This document shows positions 51,373 through 63,039 of a DNA stretch of 64,000 bases, one piece after another. The notes beneath the pieces are model-generated. The model worked only from the letters and a program-made list of their open reading frames with translations. It made no database searches and was not told where the DNA came from. Within the stretch, counting starts at the first letter, position 1. Every line of letters starts with the position of its first letter. The stretch lies in contig CM097887.1 in the NCBI GenBank assembly GCA_044892525.1, positions 61,194,001-61,258,000 on the forward strand. Direction: 5' to 3'. A program made the position numbers and the translations under genes. The stretch is from Schmidtea polychroa (Eukaryota).

Positions 51373-53216
51373 GTAATACTTCACATTAAAGATGATATCA
51401 AGCATATGTATGACGTTTAATAATNNNNNNNNNNNNNNNNNNNNNNNNNNNNNNNNNNNNNNNNNNNNNNNNNNNNNNNNNNNNNNNNNNNNNNNNNNNN
51501 NNNNNNNNNNNNNNNNNNNNNNNNNNNNNNNNNNNNNNNNNNNNNNNNNNNNNNNNNNNNNNNNNNNNNNNNNNNNNNNNNNNNNNNNNNNNNNNNNNNN
51601 NNNNNNNNNNNNNNNNNNNNNNNNNNNNNNNNNNNNNNNNNNNNNNNNNNNNNNNNNNNNNNNNNNNNNNNNNNNNNNNNNNNNNNNNNNNNNNNNNNNN
51701 NNNNNNNNNNNNNNNNNNNNNNNNNNNNNNNNNNNTTGCGCAGTATTAGATTAAAAAACTAAAATATTATCATGCACATTTGATAAAATATGTTATTGTT
51801 TCAATTTGGGTTTTTCAATAACTGTCCTTTGTGACAAGAGTGGTGTTTGTTTTATTTTTTTCTCCATGAATATTTCTCAAGTTATGTTCAGAGGATTAAA
51901 TTTTTCCTTCATCAAAACCTCCCATCAATATTCATGTCATATATAAAATAGAAAACAATAAAAAAAAATCTCACTCATCTATTTGAGATTGATATATTTG
52001 TTTTAATTGACACCAATGCTACATCAAATTAAAGATTTTAATTCAGTAAATTAGTTGATGATTTGTTTAATATTTATTTCTACGTTTTCAAACAAATGTT
52101 TGCTGAATAAAAATAAAAACAAAATTCTTCTGACAGATCAATGAAACGAGTCTGACTTGAGCATCGCATGGAATTGAATCAACAATTGTTTGATCGGTCT
52201 ATTTGATCAATAAATCATCATCGAATAGGTCTTGAATTTTGTTGGTTTGTTTTATACAATTGCTGTATTGCCATACCGGACCAACCAATGATCGCTAGAC
52301 CGATCAGCGGCCTATTGAGGGCATTGGTAAATATTTGCGCTTCGATTCTGGCTGTGAAGCTTTGTCGGAAACAATTCAAGAGTCAGCATTGAAAACATCT
52401 TGACGATATTAAGTAATTATAATTCTAATAACATTGTCAATATTTGACAAAAATATACCAGATATCTATTGTCTTTCTTTTTCATCCTTCTGTCAAAGGT
52501 TTTTATTGTAATTGATATTTGATAAATTGTAATTTTATGTTATTGATTTTATTTATTCAATTTTGTTTATCGGCACAATCACTAGATTGTTATTTTGATC
52601 GATTTTGTTTATTCGCATTCATTATCGATTGATGTGAAAAGAAAGTAGCGAGATTAATTAAATAAACAGTAATTAAAAATTGTTTATTGGTAATAAAATA
52701 AGATAAAATAACCCTCGAATAACAAGGTAAAATGGTACTTTGTTATAGGGAATTTGTTTAATACTAAAATTATGTGAAATTCAAATGTGAACTGTTTTGT
52801 ATAAAAATGCGAATATATTTTATGTTCTAAGAAATAGTATCTACCTTACGATAAAACACTGACAACACCAGACTTTTGTTTTAATTTTAAAAAATTTGCT
52901 CGCGCTTTAAAATTTATTTTAAAAATTTATAAATATCCTGGACTTTAAAAATATGGTTTAAAAATATGGTTCGCAAACATTTCATTCTATGTATAATATG
53001 AATCCATGGCCAAATATACTGATCCCATTCAAAAATATGTTAAGAAGAATATTTCAATTTTTAATTTAAAAATATTATACAAAATTTTGTGTGATGAGAA
53101 ATAGTGGTTAAAAATTTTTAATTTAGAAAAGAGTTTTTAGAGTTTTGAAGTATATATATGTGACTACTTAGTTTTGCAAGACATAACAATTTTTAAATTT
53201 AAATTTTTCATAATTT

Positions 53217-53283
53217 TCCCGCCCCTTAAAATAATGCCGCTCTAGACAGCCGCCTATCTCGCCTATACCTAAAGCCGGCACTG
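53217..53283. mobile_element. Solitary hAT-like terminus
   Basis: ...GCCGCCTATCTCGCCTATACCTAAAGCCGGCACTG, whose reverse complement begins CAGTGCCGGC. No partner end found. Confidence 0.4.
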
Positions 53284-54859
53284 TATTTAGGGTAATCTCT
53301 CTAAAAACAGTGAACTCGGACTCGTGATATAAGTAATTCAAATTTTTGAAATCTTTACAAGAAAGTAATTCCGTTTTCTATATGATAAATATTACATATT
53401 TCAATATTTTATTCTTTGAATTTACCACTTGTCAAAATTTTTTTTACAATTTTACTTATGATATTACATAAATTTGCGGTTTTGCCACTCACCTACGCAA
53501 TGTAATTACATAAGGGTTAAAATAATTATATATTAAAATAAAATAACACTTTTAAAACTATTCAATCCTAAGATTTCAATTAAAAATAAAATTTGTTTAT
53601 AAATCTGAAAAAATTAATAAAAATAAATATAAATTGGAAATAGGTTGTAATTATTTAAATTACATTAAAATATTATTATAAAAATATAATATAAAATTAC
53701 AATGTTAATTCATTCAAGCAATGAGTAAATAATAAAAAATCCATTTAATACTATTAAAATAAAATTCAAAAATTAAAACAAACAAGAAAACAATTGGAAA
53801 TATTTAAATAAATAAATTTGATCAAATTAATTAAAGAATTTCTTGAATTTAATTCCAATAAATCCCATGTTGAAAATATCCCAAAAATTCTCATTCACTG
53901 ACAGAACAATTATTCCATATTTTCTTTGAAGTTCTAACTCAATTATATTCTCATCAATTTCCCATTGTATCATCATCAATAAAATTAAAAATAATTAAAA
54001 AATTAATATTTAATGATGAAAATATTTGACATTGCCTTTGATTTGCTTGTTCGAATTTACTTAGCCAAACAAACCCCAAATCGATATTTCTCGAATCCAA
54101 TTCAAACAAAGCATAAATTAAATGTTAAAGAATAAGTAATTATCTTATTAAAACATTCTGGGAAATACCGAAATTATTGTAGCATGTAAACATGTTAATT
54201 TAGTAAATAACTCAATCAATATTTGTTACTTCACTTTGATGATTTTGTTCAAAGAAGTAAATAAATTTGTTTTCATTTTATTTCAAGNNNNNNNNNNNNN
54301 NNNNNNNNNNNNNNNNNNNNNNNNNNNNNNNNNNNNNNNNNNNNNNNNNNNNNNNNNNNNNNNNNNNNNNNNNNNNNNNNNNNNNNNNNNNNNNNNNNNN
54401 NNNNNNNNNNNNNNNNNNNNNNNNNNNNNNNNNNNNNNNNNNNNNNNNNNNNNNNNNNNNNNNNNNNNNNNNNNNNNNNNNNNNNNNNNNNNNNNNNNNN
54501 NNNNNNNNNNNNNNNNNNNNNNNNNNNNNNNNNNNNNNNNNNNNNNNNNNNNNNNNNNNNNNNNNNNNNNNNNNNNNNNNNNNNNNNNNNNNNNNNNNNN
54601 NNNNNNNNNNNNNNNNNNNNNNNNNNNNNNNNNNNNNNNNNNNNNNNNNNNNNNNNNNNNNNNNNNNNNNNNNNNNNNNNNNNNNNNNNNNNNNNNNNNN
54701 NNNNNNNNNNNNNNNNNNNNNNNNNNNNNNNAAAAAACGGTAACAAAAATAATAAAAATTTTTTAATTGACTTAAATAACGATAATAAATAAAAATAAAA
54801 ACCAAAATATCTTTTTTATGTATAAAAATTTTATTATCCAGAACTTTGAGGATTTTGAT

Positions 54860-56310
54860 TTAGGACAAAAATTTTAGCCAACAACATTTATTCATTGTTT
54901 TCATCATTTCATTCTGTAGTAATTTCAAGACTAACTTGGACTTGAAATTTGATTTCGTAAAAGATTTGAAAACATAGGCCAAATACATAACTACTCTACT
55001 GAAAACCAAGCAGGCACCGCATTCGGCAAATGCAACATTGAATGAAAGAGTCGCATCGTAAATTAATCCTACAATTGGAGGTCCAATTAGTATGAAAAAT
55101 GTCACGTCTAATTTATCCTCACCAAATATGTCCACCAATACCACAGATGACAAAGTAACAAATGCACCGGACATCATTCCATAAAAGAAAGTGTAACCAA
55201 TCATTAAAATAAACATTTTTATTCCCCAACTAACAAGCAATGCTAATTCACTCAACACAACCGTTGCGTTGTAGATATGAAATCATTTTAAGCGTTTCAT
55301 CGTTGCTAAATATCCGAAACCCACTCTACCGAATCGGTTTCCAATTCCGATTGATAAAATGAGAAAGCTTCCTTTACTGTTACTGATCCCATTCTGAATT
55401 GCTCTATCCTTTGCAAACATATAAGGCGCATTGAACGCGATGTTTGAAAATACATTTGAAATCAGAAATAAAATGAATACGGAATTTTTCAACATTGCAA
55501 TATATGATAGTAAGGAAAACGTATTCAAGGTTGTCTTTAAGTTTTTCATCACTCTCTTCAACATTTACATTTGACATTTGTTTCGATAATAATGACAACT
55601 CGATATTTTCTTTTTTCTCATTTATGTTGTCTTTTGTGGCATTATTTTCAGGCTGTGAATTGTTACTTTCAAAGTTACAGTAAGAAGCTGAACAAAGTGC
55701 TAAAATCAGTATCATTAAACCAGTTATTAACATTGCTTGTTGCCAGCCACCTTTTGTTAACAAAAACTCAATATACGGACTGAAAATGAAAGTTCCGAAT
55801 CCTGATCCACAAACTGCGATCCCAATTGCAAATGAGCGCTTCTTATCAAACCACATGTTTACAATTAGAATCGAAGGTAAATAGATCAAACGAAATCCGA
55901 TTCCACAAACTACAGAAGAACTCAAAATCAGAAACCACATTTCACTATAGGAATATGGCGCTGCGAGTCCGACAGTAGGTATAATAGTTCCGGCTATTGG
56001 AATTGACTTGTAACTAAATCTTCGACATAAGTAACTCGTGATGGGAGAAACGAGGAAGATCACAGCTACTAATATTGACCCCATCCAACCCACTGTATTT
56101 CTGGATATTTTATAATGTTTGATATATTCTGTTGTCAAAACCCCATAAGATTAAACGATTCCATCACTGATCAAATGAGAAATGAAACTCGCAAGTACAA
56201 TTACCCATCCCCATCTTTGATCTTTTATGTACTGTTTTGTTTTTGATCCACTTCCGGATGCGTCCTTATGATCCTTATCAACATTCTCTTCGACATTTTG
56301 ATTATTTATT
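54860..56310 (-). pseudogene. slc16a: Monocarboxylate transporter (SLC16/MCT, MFS) pseudogene, intronless
   Basis: WGWVIVLASF..H.I.DG, YLCRRFSYK, YLPSILIVNMWFDKKRSFAIGIAVCGSGFGTFIFSP, GRVGFGYL, GPPIVGLIYD. Disruptions: premature TAA at 56151-56153, a frameshift near 55540, in-frame TGA at 55283-55285 and an apparent deletion in the late TM region. Confidence 0.9.
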
Positions 56311-56929
56311 GTCGTGTTTTATTAATTAAATGGAATATTTTAACAAAATTCTCAGATTGGTAGGCTGTAAATTTGACGAAGTTAAAGAATATATTAATTT
56401 GTTTTATTAAGGCAAACGAAATGAAATTGATAACCATGAATATTGATGATATCCAGAAGTATAAAAAAGTAGGATTTCCTGATTCATTTGAAGAAAGAGA
56501 ATGCACCTGGCTCCCTTAAGAAAGAATAAATTTTGTTATCTACAAATCAGATTTAACATAAAATAGTTGGGACACAATAATTATGATCTGTGACTAGAAT
56601 GGAANNNNNNNNNNNNNNNNNNNNNNNNNNNNNNNNNNNNNNNNNNNNNNNNNNNNNNNNNNNNNNNNNNNNNNNNNNNNNNNNNNNNNNNNNNNNNNNN
56701 NNNNNNNNNNNNNNNNNNNNNNNNNNNNNNNNNNNNNNNNNNACGGCAGCAATAGGGGGGGGGGGGGGGGTAAAAAATGTTGCAAACTTTTGATTGCATA
56801 ACTTTTTCCGTAGACATTTTTTGATTACACAATTGTTGCCGTAATGCCCAATGTTTTCTGGGATTTTAAATACAAAATTTTTTTTTTTTTTTTTTTTTTT
56901 TTGTCAATAAACAAGCCAAGGATAAATAT

Positions 56930-57882
56930 TATTTGGGTGGGTCTCCTTGGTCCTGAGAATTTCAATAGAAAAAGGTAGTCTTCAATAAAAAAGCATGGAT
57001 TTTTCACACTATAGTGAGGGGATCTTCTTGGTCATGAGAATTTCAATAGAAAAGGTGGTTTACATTAAAAAACGCATAGTAAATTTTTAAAATAAAGCAA
57101 ATTATGGGTCTAAAATTTAAAAATAAAGTAAATGATGGGTCTAAAAATTTAAGTAAATCAAGGTTCAGATTTATTTTTGAAATAAAGTAAATTATGGTCT
57201 AAATAAGTAAATTATGGGCTAAGATTTTTCAATTAAAGTAAATAATGGTTCTAAAAAATTAAATTACAGTAAATTATGGTCCAAATTTTTAAATTAAAGT
57301 AAATTATGGTTCTTAAAAATTAAATTAAAGTAAATTATGGTCAAAATTTTTGAATTACAGTCCAAAAATTTAAATTAAAGTAAATTATGATCCAAATTTT
57401 TAAATTAAAGTAAATAATGGTTCTAAAAAATTAAATTAAAGTAAATAATGGTCCAAATATTTTAAATTACAGTAAATAATGGTTCTAAAAATTAAATTAC
57501 AGTAAATAATGGTCAAAAATTTTAAAATTAAAGTAAATTATGGTTCTAAAAATTAAATTAAAGTTAATTAAGGTCCAAATTTTAAAATTAAATAATCAAT
57601 GGTAAAAAAAAATTTAAATTAAAGTTAAATAAGTAAATTAAAGTAATAATTTTTAAATAAGTAAATTAAAGTAATGTAATAAGTAAATTAAAGTAAGATT
57701 TTTAAATTTATTAACAAAAATAGAAGGTGTTTGAGAATTGAAATTTTTTAATGGAAATTTTAATGAATTATTTTTTAAGTAATTTTTAATAGAAATTTTT
57801 ATGAATAATTTTCAATGGTAATTTTTAATGGAAATTTTAATAGAATAATTTTTAAGATAATTTTTAATGAAAATTTTTATGA

Positions 57883-57932
<50 letters not shown>

Positions 57933-58075
57933 TAATATTAATAATATATCAACCAAATACTATACAACACATAAAAAATTAACTAAACACATAAAAATAA
58001 CTAGACACATAACAAAACATATAAACATTAACTAAACACATAAAAATGAACTAGACACATAACAAACATAAAAAT
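56930..58075. repeat. Series of tandem repeats downstream of polB
   Basis: Two ~75-bp copies (CTTGGTC.TGAGAATTTCAATAGAAAAGGT); ~30-bp units TTAAAGTAAATTATGG(TCC/TTC)... at 57080-57620; AATTTTTAATG units; (AAT)n at 57885-57935; ACACATAA units at 57965-58070. Confidence 0.9.
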
Positions 58076-58119
58076 TTACCAAATAACAAATGTAAAGATA
58101 TAAAATTTATTCAATAAAA

Positions 58120-61100
58120 TTAGTCCTCATCGGACAAAATAACGTCATCGATATCGATGTCATCTTCTCCAAAATCTTCATTTAATTCTTCCTCATCTTC
58201 TCCAACATTTTCTGAAACATTTTCTGCAACAATTTCTCCAACATTTTCTCCAATATTTAATTCACTTAATCTTACATGCCCATATGCAAGACTAGTATTT
58301 TTCCCCACCCAAACCCTTTTGTCATCTTTGTTAGTTAGTGCTATTTTTGTGTTTTTAATTGTAAAAATTTGATGATTTTTGCTTGTTATTTTAGTCTGAG
58401 GAACCGAAAAAATCTGGTTAGTGTTATAACAATCCAGGTATGACTGATGTTTTATGTCACTACCTTTCAATGTTACACCTTTAGCCTTTTTTGTTTCCTC
58501 ATCACTCAACAAGCTATAACATTTAGGTCTAAGAAAAACCCACTCCTTATATTTAAGACCTTTATTCTCGTCTTTGAACTTTCCAATGACTGAATCAAGG
58601 TTCTTACTATATAAGGAATGACAACTATTGTAACTGGAAGTATCCAATAAATTATCTCGAACCATTGCAGGTAAAAGAACCTCAAGTTTGCAGTTAATGA
58701 CTTCGAGGAAAAAAGAATCTGTATCACCTGCAACGATATTAATTTTACAATTAAACTCATTGCGAAATGATTCCAGATCCTTATATTGCAATTCATACAT
58801 TCTAAGTTTAGATAGATCAAGTACAGATTGACCAATGTAACTCGGTCTATCTAAACATATAGAATCTGAATTCAATAGTGCTGCAATTAAATTATCTGCT
58901 ATTTTAATAGATTTTTTAAAAGTCGGTTTTGACGAATATTTAACTAATTTACCGGCAGTTGTACAAAGACGAAGATTCATTCTTCTCTTTAAATTTTCAA
59001 CTGTTTTGCCGTATAAACTATTATTTAGCAATTTATAATAATTTTTATCTAAGCTATTTACGCTTTTTGATCTTAATTCGGTATTTGTATCTATATATTT
59101 TTTAAAAATTGGTGATTGCTTAAATCTTACACCCCTATTTACACGTGTTACTTTAACACCAAGTTCCAAATATAATTTTAATAATCTCCAATGAATAACA
59201 TAATTAGATTTTGGAAGATGAGTTAATAATAATTTTTCAACCTTAGACCCAGCAGGTTTCATTTTTTCAGCAGCTACAGGGAAATCATCCAACTTATCAT
59301 GAAGCTCAGAAGGAATTACAAGATCAACTTCAAGTGTGTATCCATAAGACAAAGATTCAAGATTTAAATTCCTACATTCATCCATTATTTTATCAAATCC
59401 ATCAAGAACCCAACAAAATTCGCCACAAGGTAATGATTGACTTAAAGCCCAGCCATAAAGATTATTAATATCTATATATAGTAACTCGGTGTTCTCGTCG
59501 GTTTTTACGTAATGCTTATTCACAAAAGTAAGACCGCCTCTTATTCCACCCTCATAAAAGCTAAACATTTCGTTTTCAGTTATGAGTTCAATTGGTTCAT
59601 TTAAAGACATTAATGCAGAAGACCAAGACATGCCTGGAATTCCGAAATAATTCAATGGTTCCAATCTATTGTGAGCAATGGATTTCAACCGAAACTGATG
59701 AAAGAAATCAGCCAAAAGAAAACAATCAAGTTTTAGGTAGATCATCATATAATCTAATAAAGTTACGCAATTAGTTTCTACCCAAATCTCCTGAGCTTTT
59801 TCATACTCAAGCTCAGTGACACCCTCCCAGATTGGTGGTAATTCATAAGTAGTTTGGAGAATATCTAAAGAAGTGGCGAAATTATAAGGGAAGATTCCTT
59901 TTTCACTTACTATGGTGCCAGAAAAAGCAGAATTAGTAAAAGGCAAAGAATTCAAAGTTTTGACTGCTTTAGCCAAAGAATCATTGACAAATTGATACGA
60001 ATCAATGAATCTTAGGCTAATTTTACCTAAATGAGCAATCAAAGATATAAATTTTTCCGTAGTTATTGGGATGCACCCTAAATTCCAATTTTTAAATTTA
60101 TTTAATCCATATTTAAGTATATGGTGCATATCGTATCCCTTCAAGTTGTGAAATACAATAGGCAAAATTTTATTTATTTTTCTATTTACGTTACATGTGC
60201 TACAAGCTGCACCCAAGTATTTCCCCATAAAATGATCGTGATCTCTAACAGGATCCACGATAGATTTCAAACAAAGATAACAATCCGTTGAATTAATGAA
60301 TTGTTGTTGCTCAATTTTCGTTAATTTAATCATTGGTTTCCTACCCATTTTATAATAAAAAGGAAGAACCTTATTTAATGCTATATCCTCTATAGCACTT
60401 AAAAAACTCTCGACGCAATCTAAACCTATGAACTGCTGATAAGATTTAGATCCGTCAAAGTTATTTACTAGTAAAAGACCAGCAGATATTGGCATGTGTC
60501 GCTGAAAATGATCATTATCAGAAGGTAAAATAGCCTCAAAATCGGCATAAACTACAAAAGGAGGAGTTACTGTTTTCGACCAGTCAGTAAACTGTAAGAA
60601 TTTATTTTGAGGGAAAGTATAAAGAGTTGTTCCTAATTGATTACGTTTGCATAATATTTCATGTTTTTCTAGTGCGTTTCTATTATTAAACCCATTCAAA
60701 CACCGATGGCACCATAATGAACGTATGCGTGTAGGACAAGTAGTGTTGATACCACAATTCAATAACCTATTTAAATTGCTTATAGCAACGTAATGGAAAT
60801 TGTTCCCTTTATTTAATAATAGTAAATTAATTACAGTTCCATTTAAAACTTTGGAACGATGTATAATGTCTAAATGTGGGTGTTTTAAAACGTAATTATC
60901 TATTAATTGTTTGTTATTGTCATAAGAAAAAACGTTAATTATTAAACCAAGATTTTTGGCCTCGAATTTTCTAATATCTTTTAATTTCATGGGTAAGTCC
61001 AATGGATTATATATTAATTCAGATAAATTATAACTGGATGTCCTATTTCTAGCATAACTACTAACCTCATCATATTTTAAAATAGCTAAAATGCTATATA

Positions 61101-61731
61101 AAAAACATGAATCATCGGTGTTTTTTATATTAATTAAACAATATTTATTTTTTAGATAAGTAGGTAGTTCAATGAAACTCCTACCACTTAATCTACTTAG
61201 CCTACTTATCTTTGTTATGGTGAAGTGAATTTCTGTTATTTTTTTTATGATCCAGCTACTTCCTAACTCTGTGATATTACTTATTTTCTCGTTTAGTTCC
61301 CTAATGCCTTCGTCAAAAAATGATGCAGTTAAAGGCTTTGCATAATTTGAGATATTATTAACCTTTATTTCCCCGTCTTTTTCAAATTCGATTGTTATTC
61401 CGAATTGAATTTTGACGGAGCCTAATTCGTTAATAATATCTCGTAATTTTTTTATTAGTTGTTCAGGAAATATTATTTCTTTTATATTTAAGTCGCTTGT
61501 ATTTAAGCTTAATATTTGATGGGTACCTCTTAGATCTTTTTGTATTATTGGAACATTTCCACCTATTTGTATTATATTTAATCCATCCCAAGAGTCAAGG
61601 GAAATATTATCTAATCCGACCTGGGATTCAACAACCAATCCATCATGGGATTCGACAACCAATCCATCATTGGATTCCACAAAAGGCAATCCGACCTGGG
61701 ATTCAAAAGAAGAAGTATCTAATTTAATTTT
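58120..61731 (-). CDS. polB: Protein-primed family B DNA polymerase of Polinton/Maverick/adintovirus type, with endonuclease VII-like His-Cys domain; apparently intact
   Basis: Uninterrupted frame of ~1200 codons. N-terminal SFIELPTYLKNK..INIKN.D..CFLYSIL. Exonuclease motifs VYADFE, FHNLKGYD, YLKLDC. CYLC...VRDHDH..G.YLGAAC..CN. Polymerase motifs YIDINNLY, KLLNNSLYGK, GDTDS, GKFKDE, KAKGV. Acidic C-terminal tail. The true start is uncertain because there is no ATG for ~230 codons. Confidence 0.95.
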   Translation of the reverse strand, partial: KIKLDTSSFESQVGLPFVESNDGLVVESHDGLVVESQVGLDNISLDSWDGLNIIQIGGNVPIIQKDLRGTHQILSLNTSDLNIKEIIFPEQLIKKLRDIINELGSVKIQFGITIEFEKDGEIKVNNISNYAKPLTASFFDEGIRELNEKISNITELGSSWIIKKITEIHFTITKISRLSRLSGRSFIELPTYLKNKYCLINIKNTDDSCFLYSILAILKYDEVSSYARNRTSSYNLSELIYNPLDLPMKLKDIRKFEAKNLGLIINVFSYDNNKQLIDNYVLKHPHLDIIHRSKVLNGTVINLLLLNKGNNFHYVAISNLNRLLNCGINTTCPTRIRSLWCHRCLNGFNNRNALEKHEILCKRNQLGTTLYTFPQNKFLQFTDWSKTVTPPFVVYADFEAILPSDNDHFQRHMPISAGLLLVNNFDGSKSYQQFIGLDCVESFLSAIEDIALNKVLPFYYKMGRKPMIKLTKIEQQQFINSTDCYLCLKSIVDPVRDHDHFMGKYLGAACSTCNVNRKINKILPIVFHNLKGYDMHHILKYGLNKFKNWNLGCIPITTEKFISLIAHLGKISLRFIDSYQFVNDSLAKAVKTLNSLPFTNSAFSGTIVSEKGIFPYNFATSLDILQTTYELPPIWEGVTELEYEKAQEIWVETNCVTLLDYMMIYLKLDCFLLADFFHQFRLKSIAHNRLEPLNYFGIPGMSWSSALMSLNEPIELITENEMFSFYEGGIRGGLTFVNKHYVKTDENTELLYIDINNLYGWALSQSLPCGEFCWVLDGFDKIMDECRNLNLESLSYGYTLEVDLVIPSELHDKLDDFPVAAEKMKPAGSKVEKLLLTHLPKSNYVIHWRLLKLYLELGVKVTRVNRGVRFKQSPIFKKYIDTNTELRSKSVNSLDKNYYKLLNNSLYGKTVENLKRRMNLRLCTTAGKLVKYSSKPTFKKSIKIADNLIAALLNSDSICLDRPSYIGQSVLDLSKLRMYELQYKDLESFRNEFNCKINIVAGDTDSFFLEVINCKLEVLLPAMVRDNLLDTSSYNSCHSLYSKNLDSVIGKFKDENKGLKYKEWVFLRPKCYSLLSDEETKKAKGVTLKGSDIKHQSYLDCYNTNQIFSVPQTKITSKNHQIFTIKNTKIALTNKDDKRVWVGKNTSLAYGHVRLSELNIGENVGEIVAENVSENVGEDEEELNEDFGEDDIDIDDVILSDED

Positions 61732-61974
61732 TTAATTTTTATTATTTTTTTCTATAGTTGAGGGTCTTTTAAAAACACTATCTTTTTTAAAATTAAACCT
61801 ATCTAAATGATTTTTATGTTTATTATAAAAAACGCTATATGTTACGGGGTCACTAGTCTTACATACGGGACATATTTTAAAACACATTTTGACGCTAAAG
61901 TTGACTTATTTAACATTTTCATAATAATTTAATAAAAATAATGTGATGAACCCACAAAGTAATATCATTTTTCA

Positions 61975-62310
61975 TCAAATTGCAAAACAGTAATAACGTT
62001 TTCATAAAATTGTAACAAAGTAATAACATATTTCAGATAAATTTTCAACAGTTGTAAAATATTTAAGCAAATTGTAACAAGATTAGAAAATATTACAACA
62101 AAGTAGTAACATATTTCAGAAAATTTCAACAAATTTGTAAAATATTTATCAAATTGTAACTAAAATAATAAAAATATTGCAACAAAGTAATAAAATAATA
62201 ATGGTAATTAAGACAAATCAATACATTATTTCGAAGACGGACAACAAATTAAAAAGAATATTGTAACTAAAATAATAAAAATATTGCAACAAAGTAATAA
62301 AATAATACAA
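61975..62310. repeat. Degenerate tandem repeats (TTGTAACAAAGTAATAA-type)
   Basis: Recurrent TTGTAAC/TTGCAACAAAGTAATAA units. A ~47-bp block is duplicated at ~62154 and ~62261. Confidence 0.8.
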
Positions 62311-62326
62311 CATTTTAAACTCTAGA

Positions 62327-62800
62327 TCAATCCATTTTATAGAAAATTAAATTTTATCTATATAATATATGAATAAATATCCAAGGAAATTACGTTAACG
62401 TATAATAAATACAAATTTATCGTAAAAACATGTGTGTATTACACACAAAACAAGATACATAATTTCTAATCAATCCATTTTATAGAAAATTAAATTTTAT
62501 CTATATATTATATGAATAAAATCCTAAGAAAATTACGTTAACTGTATGAAAAATACAAATTTATCATAAAAACATGTGTGTATTACACACAACATACGAG
62601 ACATAATTTTTAATCAAGCTATTTTATAGAAAATTAAATTTTATCTATATAATATATGAATAAAAATCCAAGAAAATTACGTTAACCGCGCGAAAAACTA
62701 CAAATTTATTGTAAAAACATGTGTGCATTACACACAAAGCATCAAACTGAAATTGTAATTGCGCCATGTTGTAGAGAATTAAATTCTGCCTATACATTGT
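62327..62800. repeat. Three (plus one partial) 143-144-bp tandem repeats containing palindromes
   Basis: Units start at 62327, 62470 and 62614. Each has TACGTTAAC(GTA) and TGTGTG(T/C)ATTACACACA. Confidence 0.9.
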
Positions 62801-63039
62801 TACACTTAAATCTCGATCAGACATGTGAAAAGAGACATAAAAGAGAAAGAACAGTAGAGTAGTATGATTGGGGCCATCCAGACCAGGTCACCGCCAGGCC
62901 ACATATACCCTCTCCCCCCCCGTGTGTAAAATAATGTTAATAATAATATTTATACATCAGTAGATAGATCTTGCACTAAGCTTCAAAATAAGCTATCCAA
63001 TAATAAATTCGGATAATGGGAACGATAACTTTGGGGCAA

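Larger units (their letters stand above)
14224..56742. other. Twelve assembly gaps (N runs) within this span
   Basis: 14224-14473, 19134-19370, 30065-30240, 33317-33485, 33570-33734, 38947-39156, 42898-43094, 44905-45054, 46442-46647, 51425-51735, 54288-54730, 56605-56742. Confidence 0.98.

Noticed and set aside
14167-56793. Many ORFs in the track consisting mainly of X
   Set aside because: They are artefacts of N-gaps, not genes.
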